From a virus (taxonomy: Duplodnaviria > Caudoviricetes): a stretch of 64,000 nt of DNA. A program made the position numbers and the translations under genes. The stretch is taken from positions 1,502 to 65,501 of the IMG/VR virus record IMGVR_UViG_3300033752_000412, one strand, 5' to 3'. Positions 61,298 through 64,000 of this stretch are shown in pieces. The notes beneath the pieces are model-generated. The model ran no database searches and was not told the DNA's origin. It saw nothing but the letters and a program-made list of their open reading frames with translations. The first letter of the stretch is position 1, and each line of letters begins with the position of its first letter.

Positions 61298-61606
61298 TCA
61301 CAGCAGGCCCGGGTGCTTCATCGGCGGCTCCCGCTTCCACCTGGCCGCCGCGGCCTCGCGGCCCGTCTTCTCCCCGTGGCAGTTCCGCTTGGAACGGCCC
61401 GCACGCACGTCCCGCTTGGAGTGGATCCAGTCGAGGTTCTCGGAGGCGTTGTTGGTCCAGTCCCCGTCGATGTGGTCAAGGTCGGTGCCGCCGGGCTTAC
61501 CGCACCAATGGCAGATGTGCTCCGGGTTCCTCCGGTGCGCATCGTCCCGCAACTGCTCCCAGTTGGGTGGAAGCCGGCTCGCCCGGTCCGACCCGGCGAA
61601 CGGCAC
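61298..61606 (-). CDS. Terminase-associated HNH endonuclease
   Basis: RLP.NW..LR, C.WC......DH......N...NL..., CH..KT..EA, .HPGL. Confidence 0.85.
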   Translation of the reverse strand: MPFAGSDRASRLPPNWEQLRDDAHRRNPEHICHWCGKPGGTDLDHIDGDWTNNASENLDWIHSKRDVRAGRSKRNCHGEKTGREAAAARWKREPPMKHPGLL

Positions 61607-61717
61607 CCGCTCACCCCGGCCGGACACCCCGTCCAGGATTTGGCGGCGGCTCGCCGTCGAATTGGTGTCGCCAGCCGCGCCGGCCGCCGCCAAACCTGTT
61701 GCACCCACCAGGGCAAG

Positions 61718-61792
61718 TCGCGGAGGCAGGATTCGGACCTGCGACCTCAACGGGTTATGACCCCGGCGCGCTGACCACTGCGCCACTCCGCA
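61718..61792 (-). tRNA. tRNA-Met(CAT), initiator-like, deviant
   Basis: Cloverleaf: TGCGGAG/CTCCGCG acceptor, GCGC D-stem, GGG/CCC anticodon stem with CAT, GCAGG-TCCGAAT-CCTGC T-arm. No encoded CCA. Confidence 0.8.
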
Positions 61793-62053
61793 TCACGCGG
61801 CCAGCCCAGGCCGCGCAGCCGGCCGGCGCCGTGACTGGCCCGACCGGTAGGTGTGCTTCTCCGCCTCCAGCAGGTCCCCGAGCCGGTACTCCAGGTCCCG
61901 CCGGTTCCGCATCCGCGACGTCAACCGCCGCCGCTTGCCATCCGGGCCGATCCAGCCGCGGGCCTGCCACTTCGCCACGGTGGTGACCGACACCCCGAGT
62001 AGCAGGGCGGCCTCCGCCCGAGTCAGATAGGCGTCCAGGTTCAGCTTCGCCAC
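61793..62053 (-). CDS. MerR/excisionase-like winged-HTH DNA-binding protein
   Basis: LTRAEAALLLGVSVTTVAKWQARG ... YRLGDLLEAE. Confidence 0.8.
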   Translation of the reverse strand: MAKLNLDAYLTRAEAALLLGVSVTTVAKWQARGWIGPDGKRRRLTSRMRNRRDLEYRLGDLLEAEKHTYRSGQSRRRPAARPGLAA

Positions 62054-62080
62054 CCGACCACCACCCCACTCAGGGCATAG

Positions 62081-62113
62081 AAAAGGCCCCCGACCAGCAC
62101 GCCAGTCGAGGGC
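62081..62113 (-). terminator. Leader terminator between the late promoter and the first late gene
   Basis: GCCCTCGACTGG-CGTG-CTGGTCGGGGGC stem (with G:U pairs) followed by CTTTTC on the - strand. Confidence 0.55.
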
Positions 62114-62150
62114 TACGCACCTTTCGGGCAGCATCTACCTACCCGCGCGA

Positions 62151-62180
62151 ATGATGACACGACGGACGGGTCACCCGCAA
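62151..62180 (-). promoter_or_regulatory. Sigma70-type promoter for the virion operon
   Basis: TTGCGG -18 nt- CATCAT, with TG of an extended -10. Confidence 0.5.
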
Positions 62181-62718
62181 GCAAGCAGGGCAAACAGGCG
62201 GATGCGTGCGCGCGGGCAAGCCGCTCAGGTGACGCGCAGATATATAGTGGAGGGCGAGACGCACCCCCGCCGAGAACTTGCGGGCACCATCCGCGTAGAT
62301 CCCCCTCCGGCACGATAGTCCACATAGCACGGTGCCGGAATCCCTTACGCGAAGTTTTTGATCTATCTCGCGCCGCGAGGCCCAGACCTTGCCGATGCGG
62401 AAGGAGCGCGGGGGTGGGGGTGGTCCCCCTGGGTGCCTACGCGCGTGCGTACGCGTGCTGCTGATATCGCGCGCGTACGCGCGGGCAGGCACGGCAGGGA
62501 GCGTGAAGGTGAGTAGCTCGCGATGGGCGCGGGCAGGGTAGCAACGGGGATCCACATAGGACAGTGCCCAGTGATTCGGGCATTCTGCCGCAAGCCGAAC
62601 CGGTTTCTGTCGGGTACCTGACAGAAACCTTGCGCTGACCTGGCCTGCATACGAATGTCTCGCATCGTTTCCGCTACCTCGCCCGGGAAACGGGCAACGA
62701 TGCGATGGGAGGATCGCA

Positions 62719-63609
62719 ATGGCACGCACAGCACGGGCAACGGCTAAGGCTGCTACCGGTACCCGGTCGGGTACCCGTACCCGTAGCGGCAAGCCTCAGC
62801 CGGTCATTACCCACGGTCCGGACGGAACCGTGTTGCAGTTCCCTCCGTACGCGCCGTGGGTGTACGGCCGGCTTGGTTGGAAGTTCCGCCGTGAACTCGG
62901 AAACGTGTACGTGCACGTGGGTAGCGAGGGCAAGGCAAGCGCGGACATGCGCGCGGTGAACGAACTTGTGAGCCTGTTCGCGCAGAGTGGCACGCACATC
63001 GAAGTCGCGCTTACGGCAAAGGGCACGCCGCGTAAGCGTGCCACGGCAGAGACCTCGCCTAACGTGCCTGAGAGCGTGCCTGCAAGCGCGGACGATCTTG
63101 CCGATACGCTGCGCATGCTCGGATGTGCGCCGCACGTGATCGAAGCCGCCGTTGCGGCCGCGCTGAAGGGTCCGGACGCTACGCCGGTCAAGGCAACCGG
63201 CCGGAAGTCCGCGCGTAAGGCACAGTCCGCGCGTGAGCCTGAATCCGCGCGTGAGCCTGAAAGCGTAAGCGTTTCGGATGAGATTTCGGATGAGATTGCA
63301 AGCCGTCGGTACGCGTTGTCGCGTGGCGTGCGGGCCCGCGCTACTGCCACGCACCCGGACGTCAAGGTGAGCGCTACCCGCCAGGGTACGCGTGTGTACA
63401 CCCTGCCGGAGGGTATGCGTGTGAAGGCAACGGCTAAGGCTGTGCGTGTGGCGATCGCTGCCGACGTTCGCGCGGGCGGCGTTTGCAAGGGTGGCACGTG
63501 GCACGTGTACGTGGATCGTGCGGCGCGCACGCTCACCGTTGCGCGGGAAGATGACGCGCGGGTGAGCGCAGAAATCGACGCGATCGTTTTGCGCGCCATC
63601 AACAGTTAA
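62719..63609 (+). CDS. Basic Ala/Arg/Thr-rich early protein
   Basis: GGGAGG RBS. Codon style differs from the rest of the window (many NNT codons). In-frame tandem repeats. Confidence 0.75.
   Translation: MARTARATAKAATGTRSGTRTRSGKPQPVITHGPDGTVLQFPPYAPWVYGRLGWKFRRELGNVYVHVGSEGKASADMRAVNELVSLFAQSGTHIEVALTAKGTPRKRATAETSPNVPESVPASADDLADTLRMLGCAPHVIEAAVAAALKGPDATPVKATGRKSARKAQSAREPESAREPESVSVSDEISDEIASRRYALSRGVRARATATHPDVKVSATRQGTRVYTLPEGMRVKATAKAVRVAIAADVRAGGVCKGGTWHVYVDRAARTLTVAREDDARVSAEIDAIVLRAINS
63226..63295 (+). repeat. In-frame tandem duplications (18 bp x2, 12 bp x2)
   Basis: TCCGCGCGTGAGCCTGAA at 63226 and 63244. TTTCGGATGAGA at 63272 and 63284. Confidence 0.9.
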
Positions 63610-63615
63610 CGCGAT

Positions 63616-63654
63616 TGGGAGCGCACGCGTTACCGCGTAGCGCGTGCGCTCCCA
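63616..63654 (+). terminator. 14-bp hairpin after the early gene
   Basis: TGGGAGCGCACGCG / CGCGTGCGCTCCCA. Confidence 0.6.
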
Positions 63655-63700
63655 TCACAATTCCGGCTGACAAATCGATACGTACGGAGGGATAGAAACA

Positions 63701-64000
63701 GTGTACGCAAAGTTGCCTGTATACCCGTTTGAGATCATCGATCATGTCGCATTTCGCGAGTACGTCTTCTCAGACGACGCTGACCTTGACGCGATCGCGC
63801 GTGCGATCCTGTCCGCGCTTGACGAAGTGCGCACGGTAGTACGAAAGGACCCTGACTGGCTTGACCCATACGGCGTGTGGAGTGCGGAATGGGAAGTGCG
63901 CAGGGAAGAAGACAATTCCCTAGCCGTTTACAACGAATACGAAGATGAGATGGGTGGTGATCTTGACGAATTAGTGTATTACGCTTACCTGCGTGCCTAG
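63701..64000 (+). CDS. Small acidic early protein
   Basis: GGAGG RBS and GTG start. 24 D/E versus 9 K/R in 99 aa. Confidence 0.75.
   Translation: MYAKLPVYPFEIIDHVAFREYVFSDDADLDAIARAILSALDEVRTVVRKDPDWLDPYGVWSAEWEVRREEDNSLAVYNEYEDEMGGDLDELVYYAYLRA

Larger units (their letters stand above)
1..64000. mobile_element. Actinobacteriophage / prophage genome segment (siphovirus-type) with convergent replication (+) and virion/lysis (-) arms
   Basis: Complete ordered terminase-portal-capsid-tail-lysin set on the - strand. Phage-type Rep/DnaC/DnaB/SSB set on the + strand. Pervasive TGATG/GTGA gene coupling. No host housekeeping operon seen. Confidence 0.95.

Noticed and set aside
62177-62195. GCAAGCAAGCAGGGCAAAC as an extra Rep iteron at the late promoter
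   Set aside because: Single degenerate copy overlapping the -35 element. Too weak without binding data.
1-64000. Integrase, immunity repressor, parAB or lysin B
   Set aside because: No tyrosine/serine recombinase, XRE repressor, ParA or cutinase motifs were found. They may lie outside the window, so lifestyle is not established.

Overview
The whole window looks like a high-GC tailed actinobacteriophage (siphovirus-type) or prophage. The host is probably a Micromonospora-like actinomycete; this is inferred from recalled similarity of DnaN, SSB and the lysin, not from a search. Two arms converge on a 19-bp hairpin at about 27.2 kb. The + arm (1-27.2 kb) carries a HasA/NodC-like glycosyltransferase, two DNA methyltransferases, a sulfotransferase, VRR-NUC, DUF5131, ASCH, dnaN, ssb, HNH-AP2, a DEDD exonuclease, an SPFH lipoprotein, Rep with iterons, a DnaC-like loader, DnaB, an NDT-like protein, a full-length AcrVA2/FinQ-family homologue and a Zn-ribbon regulator. 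The - arm (62.1 down to 27.5 kb) runs HTH, a deviant tRNA-fMet, HNH, terS, terL, portal, MuF, two glycosyltransferases, scaffold, decoration protein, capsid, an unusual ~6 kb neck/appendage block, head-tail genes, major tail protein, frameshifted chaperones, tape measure, Dit, minor tail proteins, lysin and holin. After ~62.2 kb the composition shifts to a probable genome-end/early region. No integrase, repressor or CRISPR array is visible. Highlights: (i) four IS200/IS605-derived units in the lysis region, including two identical 204-bp protein-free elements that keep a TnpB omega-RNA-like scaffold, each placed 3' of TGAC; (ii) the AcrVA2-family gene; (iii) the glycosyltransferase and sulfotransferase genes; (iv) several structured RNA candidates (a tRNA/tmRNA-like element at 1.1 kb, a pseudoknot after the major tail gene, and a leader motif shared by terS and scaffold). 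Family assignments come from motif recognition only; no database searches were run.
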